Below, piece after piece: positions 49,786 through 60,953 of a stretch of 64,000 bases of DNA (the first letter of the stretch is position 1; every line of letters starts with the position of its first letter). A program made the position numbers and the translations under genes. The DNA comes from an uncultured Chloroflexia bacterium (GTDB lineage Bacteria > Chloroflexota > Dehalococcoidia > DSTF01 > JALHUB01): NCBI GenBank assembly GCA_963726245.1, contig CAVSBT010000030.1, positions 96,001 to 160,000 of the forward strand, read 5' to 3'. The notes beneath the pieces were generated by a model that worked only from the letters and a program-made list of their open reading frames with translations, did no database searches and was not told the DNA's origin.

Positions 49786-50546
49786 CCGGCTGTGGCCTGG
49801 GCGCTGTACGCGTCCAGGGCCGAGTCCGGGAAGTCGCCGTTGGAGTAGACGTGCGTGACGTCGTCCAACTCCTCGAGGCGGTCGAGGAGCCTGAGGGTCT
49901 GGACCGCCTCCTTCTCTCCCAGTCCCACAGTGCTCTTGGGCACCATGGCGATCTCGGCGGAGGCAACAGCGACGCTGGCCTCCTCCAGCGACCGGCGGAC
50001 ATTCTCCAGGTCCATTGGCTTGGTGTAGACCTCGACGGCGTCGTCCTCGACCTTCACGTCTTCGGCGCCGGCGTCGATGGCGAGCAGGGCCAGGTCGTCG
50101 CCGCCCTGGTTCTGAGCAGGGACTGTGATGACGCCGCGGCTCTCGAACAGCCACGACACGCAGCCGGCCTCGCCGAGGCTGCCACCGGCGCGCGCGAACG
50201 TGGCGCGGATGTCGGCCACCGTGCGGTTGCGGTTGTCGGTCACCGTCTCGACCAGGACGGCAGCGCCGCCGACACCGTACCCCTCATAGGTCACCTCCGA
50301 GAGGGTCGACGCCCCCGCCTCGCCGGTAGCCCGCTTGATAGCCCGATCGATGTTGTCGGCCGGCATGTTGTTATCGCGGGCTTTCTGGATGGCAAGCCGG
50401 AGGCGGAAGTTGGAGGCCGGGTCAGGGCCTCCCTGACGGGCGGCGACGCCAATCTCCCGTCCGAGCTTGGTGAAGAGTTGCCCGCGGCGCGCATCGGTGA
50501 CGCCCTTCTGTCTCTTGATCTGTGTCCACTTGGAATGGCCCGACAT
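49782..50546 (-). CDS. yebC: YebC/PmpR family protein
   Basis: MSGHSKW..IKR.KG, YEGYG, TDNRNRT. Confidence 0.95.
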   Translation of the reverse strand: MSGHSKWTQIKRQKGVTDARRGQLFTKLGREIGVAARQGGPDPASNFRLRLAIQKARDNNMPADNIDRAIKRATGEAGASTLSEVTYEGYGVGGAAVLVETVTDNRNRTVADIRATFARAGGSLGEAGCVSWLFESRGVITVPAQNQGGDDLALLAIDAGAEDVKVEDDAVEVYTKPMDLENVRRSLEEASVAVASAEIAMVPKSTVGLGEKEAVQTLRLLDRLEELDDVTHVYSNGDFPDSALDAYSAQATAG

Positions 50547-50612
50547 AGCTACCTCCCCGGGGCGGCAGCCCGTCGCCATTTTAGCACCTGCGTTCAAGAG
50601 GTGGCAAAGGGA

Positions 50613-51051
50613 GGTAGTGGTTCAGTTTGAATAGTGGCCTGTTCGCATCCTCATTCGCTCGGGGCGCGAACGTGGTGCGGAATCTCTAGCGGGACCTCCA
50701 AGCCGAACTCCACCAGCCCCGCGAACTTCCCGTCGCGGTACCACGGCGACTGATAGATCACCACCCTGCCGCCGTCCTTCTCGATTGTGTAGACGTTAAT
50801 CTCCCGCGTCTCCATCATCCGCCGGATCTTCGACTGCGCCTGCTCTGGATGGACGTCGAGCACGCTCCTCCCGAGCAACTCGCGGCCGCCCTTATCCGCA
50901 AACCACTCGATGGCCCGATCGTTCATCTCAATAATGATTCCGGCCGCATCGCAGACGACCACCGGCCCGGGAAACTCCTTGACCCAAGAATTCTCCGTCA
51001 TTTCACTCCTCGACTAGAGAGGAACGCGAGCGGTCAAACTGACCCACTACC
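50613..51051. mobile_element. MITE-like cassette, 18-bp terminal inverted repeats, ~8-9-bp target duplication
   Basis: GGTAGTGGTTCAGTTTGA / TCAAACTGACCCACTACC flanked by CAAAGGGA / CAAAGGGGA. Confidence 0.75.
50651..51001 (-). CDS. stand-alone PAS-domain protein
   Basis: VVCDAAGIIIEMN, LGRSVLDVHP, NVYTIEK, IYQSPWY. Confidence 0.85.
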   Translation of the reverse strand: MTENSWVKEFPGPVVVCDAAGIIIEMNDRAIEWFADKGGRELLGRSVLDVHPEQAQSKIRRMMETREINVYTIEKDGGRVVIYQSPWYRDGKFAGLVEFGLEVPLEIPHHVRAPSE

Positions 51052-51918
51052 CAAAGGGGAAGAGCTACGTCCCCCCAGCGTCACGTTGTCAATGAGGCGT
51101 GTCTTGCCGATGCGCACCGCCAAAGAGACCAGCGCCGGCCGGTCCACCGTCTCCAGCTCCTCCAGCGTCTCGGCGTCGGCGACGCTGACGTAGTCCACGC
51201 GGGCCAGGGGCTCGGCGGCGAGCACATCGTTCATGCGACTGCGGATGAGGGAGGCATCGCGGACGCCGGAGCGCCACAGCTCCTGCGCCGCCTCCAGCGA
51301 CCGGTAGAGCACCAGGGCCGCCTTGCGCTCCTCGGGCGAGAGGTAGACGTTGCGGCTGCTCATCGCCAGGCCGTCGGGCTCGCGCACCGTAGGCAGCCCG
51401 ACCACCTCCACCGGCAGGTCGAGGTCGCGCGTCAGGCGGCGGATGACGGCCAACTGCTGCGCGTCCTTCTGCCCGAAGTAGGCCCGGTGCGGCTGGACGA
51501 TGTTGAACAGCTTCGCGACGACAGTGGCGACGCCCCGGAAGTGGCCGGGCCGGCTCGCCCCCTCCAGCACCTGCGCCAGCTTCCCCACCTCCACGTACGT
51601 GTCGAAGCCTTGCGGGTAGATCTCCTCCACCGGCGGCATGAAGACCAGGTCCGTGCCCGCCTCACGGAGGAGCGCCAGGTCGCGGTCCGGGTCGCGGGGG
51701 TAGCGGGCGAAGTCCTCGCTGGGGCCGAACTGGGTGGGATTGACGAAGATGCTGACGACCACCGTGTCGTCACCGGCGCGGGCGTGCCGCACCAGCGACA
51801 GGTGGCCCTCGTGCAGGGCGCCCATGGTCGGCACCAGGCCCACAGAGCCCGCCATCTCGTGGCGGGCCCGTCGCATGTCGGCTACGGTGGAGATGACGCG
51901 CACGCTCGCAACTGTCAC
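51034..51918 (-). CDS. panC: pantoate--beta-alanine ligase
   Basis: PTMGALHEGH, FVNPTQF, GQKD, MSSRN, RLIDN. Confidence 0.96.
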   Translation of the reverse strand: MTVASVRVISTVADMRRARHEMAGSVGLVPTMGALHEGHLSLVRHARAGDDTVVVSIFVNPTQFGPSEDFARYPRDPDRDLALLREAGTDLVFMPPVEEIYPQGFDTYVEVGKLAQVLEGASRPGHFRGVATVVAKLFNIVQPHRAYFGQKDAQQLAVIRRLTRDLDLPVEVVGLPTVREPDGLAMSSRNVYLSPEERKAALVLYRSLEAAQELWRSGVRDASLIRSRMNDVLAAEPLARVDYVSVADAETLEELETVDRPALVSLAVRIGKTRLIDNVTLGGRSSSPLGSGSV

Positions 51919-51969
51919 AAAGGTCGAGACCCCCGCCTGACGGGGGGAAGACAGGCGGGGGTCTCGGTG

Positions 51970-52846
51970 TTAGGCGAGGCTGCGGGACTCGTCCCGCACC
52001 GCCTCGTCGGTCCCACGGACGAGCTCGGCCAGCGCCGACTCGTCCATGGCGAAGGACTCCTTCTCGGTCGGGAAGGCGCCCCCTCGAACGTCGTCCATGT
52101 ACTGCCGCACGGCCCGCGAGATCTCATCCGCCAGGTGGGCGTACTGACGGCAGTGCTTGGGCACGAAGTCGGGGTAGAGGCCCAGGAAGTCGTAGATCAC
52201 CTGCACCTGGCCGTCGCAGTCGGGCCCGGCGCCGATGCCGATCGTCGGCACCGACACCTTGGAGGTGATGATCCGGGCCAGGGGCGCCGGGATGGTCTCC
52301 AGGACGATAGCGTAGGCGCCGGCCTGCTCCAGCGCGCGGGCGTCGTGGAGGAGGCGCGACGGCGGCGGCGGGCGTCTTGCCCTGTACGCGAAAGCCGCTC
52401 AACTGGTTCACAGACTGCGGCGTCAGCCCGATGTGCCCCATGACGGGGATGCCAACCTCGACCAGCCGTCGCACGGTCTCCGCCATGTGGGCGCCGCCCT
52501 CCAGCTTCACCGACTGGGCGCCCGTCTCCTGCAGTGCGCGGCCGGCGTTGCGCAGGGCGTCCTCAACACCGGACTGGTAGCTCATGAAGGGCATGTCGAA
52601 GACGACGTGTGTGCGCTCGGTGCCGCGCACGACGGCGCGCGTGTGGTGGATCATGTCTTCCATCGTCACGGGCAAGGTGGAGTCGTAGCCCAGGACCACC
52701 ATGCCCAGGCTGTCGCCCACGAGGATGATGGGGACGCCGGCCTCGTCCAGGATGCGGGCCGTCGGATAGTCGTAGGCCGTGAGCATGGCGATCTTCTCGC
52801 CCCGGCGCTTCATGGCCTTCAGTTCGTCGATAGTCACGTGTGTCAT
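51970..52846 (-). CDS. panB: ketopantoate hydroxymethyltransferase (frameshift near 52355)
   Basis: [32 protein letters not shown]. Confidence 0.94.
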
Positions 52847-52861
52847 AGTCTTCCTCCCGCC

Positions 52862-53248
52862 CTAGACGGCGGCGGTCGATGGCTCCTCGATGATCGGGCT
52901 CACCCGCACGATGCGGTTCTCGCCGTCCACGTACACCAGCTTGGGGATGCAGGTCCGCGCCTCGGCCTCGGTCAGGGTGGCGTAGGCCAGGATGATGACG
53001 CGGTCTCCCCGGTTCACCAGGCGAGCGGCGGCGCCGTTGATCACAACCTCGCCGGTGCCACGGCCGCCCTTGATGACGTAGGTCTGGAGCCGATTGCCGT
53101 TGTTTACATCCAGGACGTGCACCATCTCATATTCAAGAAGGAAGGCAGCATCGATAAGGTCCTGGTCGAGGGTGATGCTGCCCTCGTACTCCAGGTTGGC
53201 ATCGGTCACCCGCGCCCGGTGAATCTTGCTCCTCAGCATACTCCTCAT
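52862..53248 (-). CDS. panD: aspartate 1-decarboxylase
   Basis: SKIHRA.VT, YEG/SIT, NGAAAR. Confidence 0.96.
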   Translation of the reverse strand: MRSMLRSKIHRARVTDANLEYEGSITLDQDLIDAAFLLEYEMVHVLDVNNGNRLQTYVIKGGRGTGEVVINGAAARLVNRGDRVIILAYATLTEAEARTCIPKLVYVDGENRIVRVSPIIEEPSTAAV

Positions 53249-53334
53249 GGCTTCCGCACCTCCGATTCCCGCCCTACGGGGGCTCCTCTGGCCTGGTCTG
53301 GTAAGAGCTGTCCTTCCTCGGTGACCCCGTTGTA

Positions 53335-53372
53335 AACAAGAATGCCCTTCCGGTCCCAAACCGAAAGGGCAC
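53335..53372 (-). terminator. intrinsic terminator in pan leader
   Basis: TGCCCTTTCGG..CCGGAAGGGCA followed by TTCTTGTTT on minus strand. Confidence 0.7.
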
Positions 53373-53377
53373 AAGCA

Positions 53378-53432
53378 GTAGCAGCCTACGGTGCCGTCTC
53401 GGTCCTTGTGGGATCCAAGCGACGTTTGGCGG
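53378..53432 (-). ncRNA. pan RNA motif (cis-regulatory)
   Basis: CGTCGCTTGGATCCCACAAGGACCGAGACGG bulged hairpin 5' of panDBC; consensus recalled, not searched. Confidence 0.7.
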
Positions 53433-53483
53433 GAAACCTTGCTTGGGCTCACCGTCCGCCGATGGCGGATCGATGGCAATTCC

Positions 53484-53511
53484 AATATACCAAGGTTATG
53501 GGCAGTGTCAA
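53484..53511 (-). promoter_or_regulatory. pan operon promoter
   Basis: TTGACA-N16-TATATT. Confidence 0.6.
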
Positions 53512-53578
53512 TAGGCCTAACGGAGTAGTCCGGTCGATAGAGAGCGTCGCTGACGCCCTGGAGGCCTGAAGGCCTCCG

Positions 53579-54566
53579 CTACGTCGCGGTCTCGGCGGCC
53601 GAGGGCACGCCGGCCAGGCCGCGGGCCTCTCGCACCGCCTTCAGCACGGCCCGCTCGACGGCTCGGGCCGCCAGGGCCTCCAACGCCGCGTAGCGCACGG
53701 GCTCCAGCGCCACATCTCCCGTCGCCATGGTAAAGACGACGTCGCCGTCGACCATGGTGTGGACGGGCCGTATCGCCCGCGCCAGGCCGTCGTGGGCGAC
53801 GGAGGCCAGTCGACACGCATACTCCTTCGTCAGCTGCGCGTTCGTGGCCACGACGACCAGGGTGGTGCTCTCGCCGGCCGCGCGGCGCCTGCCCGAGCCC
53901 CCGCAGCACGTCGACGGTACTTACGAAGCCGCCGCCCTCGGCGCGCGGCCCGGCGATCACCTGCCCGCTGGCCGGATCGACCACCTCGCCGAAGCAGTTG
54001 ACGGCCACCAGCGCGCCCACGACCAGGCCGCCCCGGCCGGAGGCCAGGGCCTCGCTGGCCGTGCCCACGCCTCCCTTCAGACAGCGCTCCATCCCCAGGG
54101 CCTTGCCCACCGTAGCCCCCGTGCCCGCGCCGACGCTCCCCTGCGCGACGGCGCCCGCCCTCGCCGCTCGACAGGCGCGATAGCCGGACTCGGCATCAGG
54201 GCGCACGTCGCCCCGGCCGAGACGGAGGTCGTAGAGGACAGCGCCCACCACGACGGGCACCGGCCCGGCGCCGTACACAAAGCCGACGCCCCGCTCCTCC
54301 AGGTAGCGCATGACGCCGCCGGCCGCGTCGAGGCCCCAGGCGCTGCCGCCCGTCAGGACGACGGCGTTGATCGCCTGGACCAGCGTGCCGGGCCGCAGGG
54401 CGTCGGTCTCGCGGGTGCCGGGGGCGCCGCCGCGCACGTCGACGCCGCCCATGGCCCCCTTCTCGCAGAGGACGACGGTGCAGCCGGTGGCGGCGCGCCG
54501 GTCCGTCCAGTGCCCGACGCGGATGCCGGGCACGTCGGTGATGGCGTCACGGACGGGTCCACTCAC
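53579..54566 (-). CDS. P1/S58 (DmpA-like) peptidase (frameshift)
   Basis: [35 protein letters not shown]. Confidence 0.88.
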
Positions 54567-55424
54567 GATGCGGCCTCCTCTTCGGCATGGCTTGCGCCGG
54601 ACTCCAGCGGCTGGCACCTCGGGCAGAAGTGGGTGCTGCGCCCCGCGACCTTCACGCGCGCGATCTCGCCGCCGCAGACGTAGCACGGTTTGCCGGTGCG
54701 CCGGAAGACCTGCACGTGGAACTGGTGCCGGCCCTCGCGCCCCGAGGCGTCCACGTAGTCGCGGAAGCTGGCGCCGCGGTCCTCCAGAGCCGCCGTCAGC
54801 ACGCGGCCGATAGCGTCGCACAGCCGCTCGACCTCCGCGTCCGACAGGCTGGAGGCGGGTCGCTGCGGGTGCAGGCCGGCGGCGAAGAGCGCCTCGTCGG
54901 CGTAGATGTTGCCGATGCCGGCCAGCGGCCCGCTGGTCGAGCAGCAGCGACTTGATGGGCGCCCGCCGCCGCGCCGTCAGCTCCCGCAGCAGCGATGGCG
55001 TCATCCCGCCGTCCAGGGGCTCCGGCCCCAGCCGGCTCAGCACCGGCGAGGTGTCCGGCACCAGCCAGAGTGTGCCGAACTTGCGCAGGTCGCTGAAGCG
55101 CAGCTCGCTGCCGTCGTCCAGCGAGAGGACAGCGCGCACGTAGCGGTCGGGCGGCGCGCCCGACGGCCGGTGGAGCAGCGCGCCCGTCATGCGCAGGTGT
55201 ACGACTAGATACAAGCCGTCGGAGAGATGAAAGACGAGGAACTTGCCCCGCCGCGACACGTCCTCGACGCGCCGGCCCGGCAGCAGGCGCGCGAAGTCGG
55301 CCGCCGTGGGCGCCTGCACCAGCCGGGGGGCATCGGGCGACACCCAGACGTGGGTGAAGGCGCGCCCCCGCAGCAGGGGCAGCAGGTCGCGCCGTATGGT
55401 CTCTACTTCGGGCAACTCAGGCAC
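54563..55424 (-). CDS. mutM: formamidopyrimidine-DNA glycosylase (frameshift)
   Basis: PELPEVE, HLRMTG, GIGNIYADE, C-terminal zinc finger. Confidence 0.94.
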
Positions 55425-56094
55425 GGAGCCTCTCCTGCACCTTCTCGCTGGTCAGCTCTCGGAGCGCGTCGGCGGCGACCCAGCGGGCCGCCTTCGAGCC
55501 CGTCGCCTGGATCTCCTTCGCCGCCGCGATCGCCCTTATGTTAAGCGCGGCGTTCCGCTTCCCGATCGTCCTCAGCGCCCAGTTGACCGCCTTCCGCACG
55601 AAGTTCCTGCCGTCGACGGACTCCCGCTTGATGACGGGCAGGAACGCCAGGAACGCCTCGTCCGGCGCGCGCTTGTCGTGCCAGGCCAGCGCGGCCATGA
55701 GCGCGAAGCCCGCCCGCTTCACGAACTCCTCGTCCCTGGCGGCCCACTCGATGGCCTTGCGATAGGCCAGCTCCGTCTTGTCGAAGAGGTTAGCGCAGCA
55801 CTGGTCGCAGACGTCCCAGGAGTCGAAGTCCGCCGCCCACGCGTCCATCTGCGCCTCGGTGACCAGGCGCGGGTCATCGATCAGGGCGGCCAGGATGCGC
55901 GCCTCGTGCACGCCGGACGACCACAGCTCCCGGGCGAGCGCGTGGTCGCGGCCGATCTCCCTCGCCATCTTGCGGAGCACGGGGATGGATATCCCCAGGG
56001 TGTTCTGCGGGTTGATGCCGAACCGCGCCATGCCCGCCACGTTCTCCGCGTTGGCCAGCGACTTCAGGCGTTCGAGGATGTCTTCACATTCCAT
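55417..56094 (-). CDS. DNA alkylation repair protein (AlkD-like)
   Basis: FDSWDVCD, RNFVRKAVNWALR.IGKRN. Confidence 0.88.
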   Translation of the reverse strand: MECEDILERLKSLANAENVAGMARFGINPQNTLGISIPVLRKMAREIGRDHALARELWSSGVHEARILAALIDDPRLVTEAQMDAWAADFDSWDVCDQCCANLFDKTELAYRKAIEWAARDEEFVKRAGFALMAALAWHDKRAPDEAFLAFLPVIKRESVDGRNFVRKAVNWALRTIGKRNAALNIRAIAAAKEIQATGSKAARWVAADALRELTSEKVQERLRA

Positions 56095-56143
56095 GTGCTA
56101 CACGGTTATGGCGTAGGGGCTCGGTCCAGTTTCCGGTGGCCTA

Positions 56144-56677
56144 CTAGAGCTGCCAACCTTCGGCCTTTGCGGCCTCCTTAAGCGATTCGGCAAGCCTGGA
56201 GAATAGCCAGTCAAACGCCGCCTCAAGAACCTCCAAGCTGAGCACCAGATGTTCCTTCGCTATCTCCATGTCTGCGTAGTCCCTAACGTACCGACCAGCA
56301 TGCACTAGGTTGCGGATTTCCCTCACCACCTCTGCATAGTCACCGACCAACGCTCTATCCGAATCGAATTCGTCATGGGCCATCAAGCTGGCGGGGAGCC
56401 AGCCCAGGCTCTTTGCGGCGTCCAGCAGGTCAGCCAGATACCACTTTGTTGGCTCCTTCGGCAACTTTCGGTCAGCCTGCGTCTCTGCCCAGTCCAGAAC
56501 CTCCTCAGGGTAGCACTCCGCCATTGCAAGCAACCCGGCCTCAAGAGCCGCCCCCGCCATCACGCAGCCTGCAAGCCAGGCCTTGGCCCTCCGGCATCGC
56601 TTCGCCTCACTCCGGTAGAGATCTAGTATCTCATTCAACCTCTCAGACCGCGCCAACTCCTCGTTCTCGTCGTTCAT
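56144..56677 (-). CDS. hypothetical protein, HEPN-like
   Basis: AWLAGCVMAGAALEA, L..L...A...GWL, REIRNLVH. Confidence 0.65.
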   Translation of the reverse strand: MNDENEELARSERLNEILDLYRSEAKRCRRAKAWLAGCVMAGAALEAGLLAMAECYPEEVLDWAETQADRKLPKEPTKWYLADLLDAAKSLGWLPASLMAHDEFDSDRALVGDYAEVVREIRNLVHAGRYVRDYADMEIAKEHLVLSLEVLEAAFDWLFSRLAESLKEAAKAEGWQL

Positions 56678-56752
56678 CCGTCCCCTGCCAGCCCTACTCC
56701 ACTTCTCCCCAGTGGGCCTCAGGACTACGTCCACATTCAGGGCACGTCCGTC

Positions 56753-56808
56753 GTAGCTGCAGGGCTTTAGCCCTGCCTCCAGGGGCAGACCTGAAGGTCT
56801 GCAGCTAC
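56753..56808. repeat. GTAG-type REP doublet
   Basis: GTAGCTGCAG...CTGCAGCTAC with two internal hairpins; related element at 56113-56144. Confidence 0.6.
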
Positions 56809-56825
56809 CTTATGTCGCTCTCCCC

Positions 56826-59607
56826 CTACCCCATCTCCCCCCAGTTCCGCCCCACCTTCACGTCTACCTTCAAGGGCACGGCCAGCGTCAGCGAGGCGGG
56901 CATGACGCGCACTGCCATCTCTCGCAGCGCGTCCAGCTCCGACGCCGGCCCCTCGAAGATGAGCTCGTCGTGCACCTGGAGGAGCATCTTGGAGCGCAGG
57001 CCCCGCTCCCGCATCTCGGCGTCGATGCGGTTCATGGCGATCTTGATGATGTCGGAGGCGGTGCCCTGGACGGGCATGTTGACGGCCATGCGCTCGGCGG
57101 CGGAACGCGACTGGTAGTTCGCCGAGTTGATCTCGGGGATGTAGCGCCGCCGCCCGGCCAGCGTCTCGGCGTAGCCCAGACGCCGCGTGTCCGCGACCAC
57201 CTGCTCCTGCCACTGCCGGACGCGCTCGTACTTGCGGAAGTAGGTCTCGATGAACTGCGCCGCCTCCTCGCGCGAGATGCCCTCCCGCTGCGAGAGGCCG
57301 AAGTCGCTGAGGCCGTAGAGGACGCCGAAGTTGAAGACCTTCGCCCGACGCCGCATCTCCAGCGTCACCTTGTCGATCTCCACGCCGAAGACCTGCGCGG
57401 CCGTGCTGGCGTGGATGTCCTCGTCGCGGTGGAAGGCGTCCAGCAGGTTCGGGTCCTGGCAGAGGTGGGCGAGGATGCGCAGCTCGACCTGCGAGTAGTC
57501 GGCGGCCAGCAGCCAGGGGTCCGGCCCGATGTCGCGGGCGACGAAGGCGCTGCGCACCTGCCCGCCCAGCTCGGTGCGCACGGGGATGTTCTGGAGATTC
57601 GGGTCGTTCGACGAGAGGCGGCCGGTGGCGGCTATCGTCTGGTTGAAGGTGGTGTGCACGCGGCCCGTCTTCGGGTTGATGAGGGCCGGCAGGGTGTCGA
57701 CGTAGGTGGACTTCAGCTTCGTGATGTGCCGGTAGAGCATGATGAGGTCGATGACAGGGTGGACGCCGCGCAACGCCTCCAGGGCCTGGGCGTCGGTGGT
57801 GTGGCCGAACTTGGTGCGACGCGTCTTGGGCAGCTTGATCTCCTCGAAGAGGATGGCGGAGAGCTGCTGCGGCGAGCCGATGTTGAACTGGTGGCCCACC
57901 TCGGCGTAGATCTTCTCCTCGACCTCTCGAATCTGCCCCTCCAGTTGCCGCGACATCTCGCGCAGGATGCTCGTGTCCAGGGCGACGCCGGCCCGCTCCA
58001 TGCGGGCGAGCACCGGCACCAGCGGCATCTCGATCTCGGCGAAGAGGCTCCACAGCCCCTGCTCGCGCAGCTCCGCCTCGAGGACGGAGCACAGGCGCCC
58101 CGTCATGTCGGCGTCGGCGCAGGCGTAGTCGGTGGCGGCGGCGATGGGCGCCAGGTCCATGGAGAGCTGCTTCGGCCCCGCCGGCCCGATGAGGTCGGTG
58201 ATGGGGGTCATCTCGATCCCCAGGCGCTTCGAGGCCAGCCACTTGAGGCCGAGTGAGCCCGCGCCGGGGCGGTAGGCCTCGGTGCCGCCGCCCTCGCCCA
58301 GGACGTAGGCGGCGATCATCGTGTCGCAGGCCAGGTTCTCGATCCAGACGCCCTGGTTGGCCAGCACCAGCATGTCGAACTTGCCGTTGTGGGCCACCTT
58401 CGCGATGGCGGTGTCCTCCAGCACCGGCCCCAGGCGCGCCAGCACCGTCGACAGCGGCAGTTGCGCCTGCTCGCCCAGGCCGGGGCGGTGACCCACCGGC
58501 ACGTAGTACGCCTCGCCCGTCGCCGGCGACAGCGAGATGCCGACCAGGCCGGCGCGCATGGCGCTCAGCCCCGTCGTCTCCGTGTCGAAGGCGAAGGTGC
58601 CAGCGTCGGCCAGGCGGTGGGCCAGCTTCTCCAGATCCTCCTCGCTGTGGACGGCGCGGTAGTCCACCTTCGGCGCCTCCACCTCGACGGCGGCCGGGGC
58701 CGGCGGCTGTTCCCCAGCCAGCCAGGCCGGGAGGCGTCGCCACCAGGCTGCGGAACTCCAGCTCCTGGAAGAGGCGCAGCACCTTCTCGCGGTCCAGCGG
58801 CTTCAGCTCGCAGGCCGCCAGGTCCAGGTCGATAGGGACGTCGGTGTCGATGGTCGCCATGCTCTTGCTGTGGCGGGCCTGCGCTTCGTGCTGGCGCAGG
58901 TTCTCCCGCAGCTTCTCGGGCTGCACCTCGTCCAGGTGCTCGTAGAGGTTCTCCACGCTCCCGAACTGCTGCACGAGCTTGGCCGCCGTCTTCTCGCCGA
59001 TGCCGGGCACGCCGGGGATGTTGTCGGACGCGTCGCCCTTGAGCCCCTTGAGGTCCGGCATCTGGGCCGGCTCGATGCCGTAGCGCTCGCGGGCCAACTG
59101 CTCGTCGTAGATGACGGTGTCCCGCTGGTAGGGGCGGTACATGTAGACGTGGACGCCGGGCCGCACGAGCTGGACGATGTCGCTGTCCAGAGTCACAAGG
59201 TAGGTCTCGAGATCCTGCGCCGACGCCTGGCGGGCCAGGGTGCCGAGCACGTCGTCGGCCTCGAAGCCTGCGACGCGAACGATGGGGATCTTGAAGGCCT
59301 CGACGACTTCCTCGCAGCGGGCGACCTGCTGGTGCAGGTCCTCCGGCGCCGCCGCCCGGTGCGCCTTGTAGGTCTCGTCCTTCTCGTGTCGAAAGGTGGG
59401 GCCCGGCGGGTCGAGCGCGACGGCCACGTGGGTGGGCTTCAGCTCCTGCAGCACGCTCAGCAGCGTGTTGGCGAATCCGTAGACGGCGCCCACGGGCTCG
59501 CCCGTCCGGCGCACCGTCAGGGGCTGGTCGCGCAAGGCGTGGTAGGCACGGTGGATGATGCCGTGGCCGTCCAGGATCACCAGCCGGGGCTTCCGTTCAT
59601 CTCCCAT
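56826..59607 (-). CDS. polA: DNA polymerase I (frameshift near 58700-58740)
   Basis: 5'-3' exo GDASDNIPG, FDTETT, ADYSQVELR, LQVHDEL. Confidence 0.96.
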
Positions 59608-59843
59608 TGCGCTGCGATTATAGCATCGCGCCTTGGGGCCTGCGCCTCCGGCCAGCCGGCCCGCGACGGCGGCCAAACCCGCGCCCAGCGGACGGAAGAT
59701 GGTACAATGTCTTCCAGCCGGGAGCAGTCCGGCCCTTTTCGCGATCCATCGATGATAATCCAGGCGCCGATTCTCCCCGAGACCTGCCGCGGCGGGCCGA
59801 GCCCGGCCGCGCCTATCGACGCGACTGCTGCGGGAGCGGCCCT

Positions 59844-60485
59844 TTGAAACGTTGGAAACCGTATCCCTGGGGCGGCCGGTCCAGGGCTCAATTCATCTAT
59901 TCCCTCTCTCTACCCTTCGTGTTGCTCGGTCTCACTCTGCTCCTCATCGCCCTCCTCTCCCAAATCAGTTCCGGCGGCAATGACAATGAGCCCACGCAGC
60001 AGGAGTTGGCGGCGACGGCCACCGCTTTGGCCAAGGAGCACTCAGGAGATGAGATGCTTCCATCGGAGCTGCCCGCCGGCGTTTTCGCGTACCCGCAGCC
60101 AGAGTCGCTGCCGGCGGCGGTCGTACTGAACGTCATCGACGGGGATACGATTGAGGTGCAGTTGGAGGGCAAACGCGAGACGGTGCGCTACTACGGCATC
60201 GATACGCCGGAGCGTGAGGAGCCCTGCTACGAGGAAGCCAAGCAGCGCAACGAAGAGCTGGCCGGTCGACACGTGCTCCTCGTGGCAGACGCCCGCGACC
60301 GCGACAGCGGCGGCCGCCTGCTGCGCTACGTCTTCACCCTGGCTGGGTATTCCGTGGATGCTTCCCTGGTGGCCGAGGGCTTCGCTCAGGCATGGACCTT
60401 CGACGGCACCTACCGCGATGCGTTGGTGGCGCTGGAGGAGGAGGCCCGTAGCGAGGGCCGGGGCTGCCTGTGGGCTGCACAATAG
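59844..60485 (+). CDS. membrane-anchored thermonuclease (SNase)
   Basis: VIDGDT, GIDTPE, D..GRLLRYV. Confidence 0.88.
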   Translation: MKRWKPYPWGGRSRAQFIYSLSLPFVLLGLTLLLIALLSQISSGGNDNEPTQQELAATATALAKEHSGDEMLPSELPAGVFAYPQPESLPAAVVLNVIDGDTIEVQLEGKRETVRYYGIDTPEREEPCYEEAKQRNEELAGRHVLLVADARDRDSGGRLLRYVFTLAGYSVDASLVAEGFAQAWTFDGTYRDALVALEEEARSEGRGCLWAAQ

Positions 60486-60504
60486 CTGAGAGGAAGACGC
60501 GGCG

Positions 60505-60940
60505 TTGAGTGGCGCTGAGCACTACCGCAAGCTGGAGCGAATGTACGCTTCCGCTCCCATCAACCACTTCTTCCAGCCCACCATGCAGGTGTCCGAGGGC
60601 CGCGCTGTTGTCACCATGAAGGTGCGGAGGGATTTCTTCCACGCGGCGAACGCCGTTCATGGCGCCTTCTACTTCAAGGCCCTCGACGATGCGGCCTTCT
60701 TCGCGGTGAACTCCCTCGTGCCTGACGTATTCGTACTGACGGTCTCGTTGAACGCGTACCTGGTCAGGCCGCTGTCTGAAGGTGAAGTGAGAGCCGTGGG
60801 ACAGGTGGCCCATCGTTCCCGACGGCTATTTGTGGCGGAGTCTCAGCTCTTCGACGCAGCGGGCAATCGAGATCGCGCGGGGGAGCGGCGTGTTCGTGCC
60901 CAGCGACATCCCGCTCTCGCCGCAAATCGGCTACTTGTAG
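60505..60940 (+). CDS. PaaI-family thioesterase (frameshift near 60865)
   Basis: HAANAVHG..YFKALDDAAFFA.NS. Confidence 0.85.
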
Positions 60941-60953
60941 ATGTAGCCTATCT

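Noticed and set aside
53517-55424. Apparent MutM-peptidase fusion (635 aa)
   Set aside because: Produced by a frameshift in mutM; a GTGA overlap shows two separate genes.
32598-59607. Frameshifts in kdpA, kdpB, dnaE2, ruvA/C, panB, mutM and polA as pseudogenes or programmed frameshifts
   Set aside because: Single-base indels are spread through core genes with no accompanying decay, typical of long-read consensus error.
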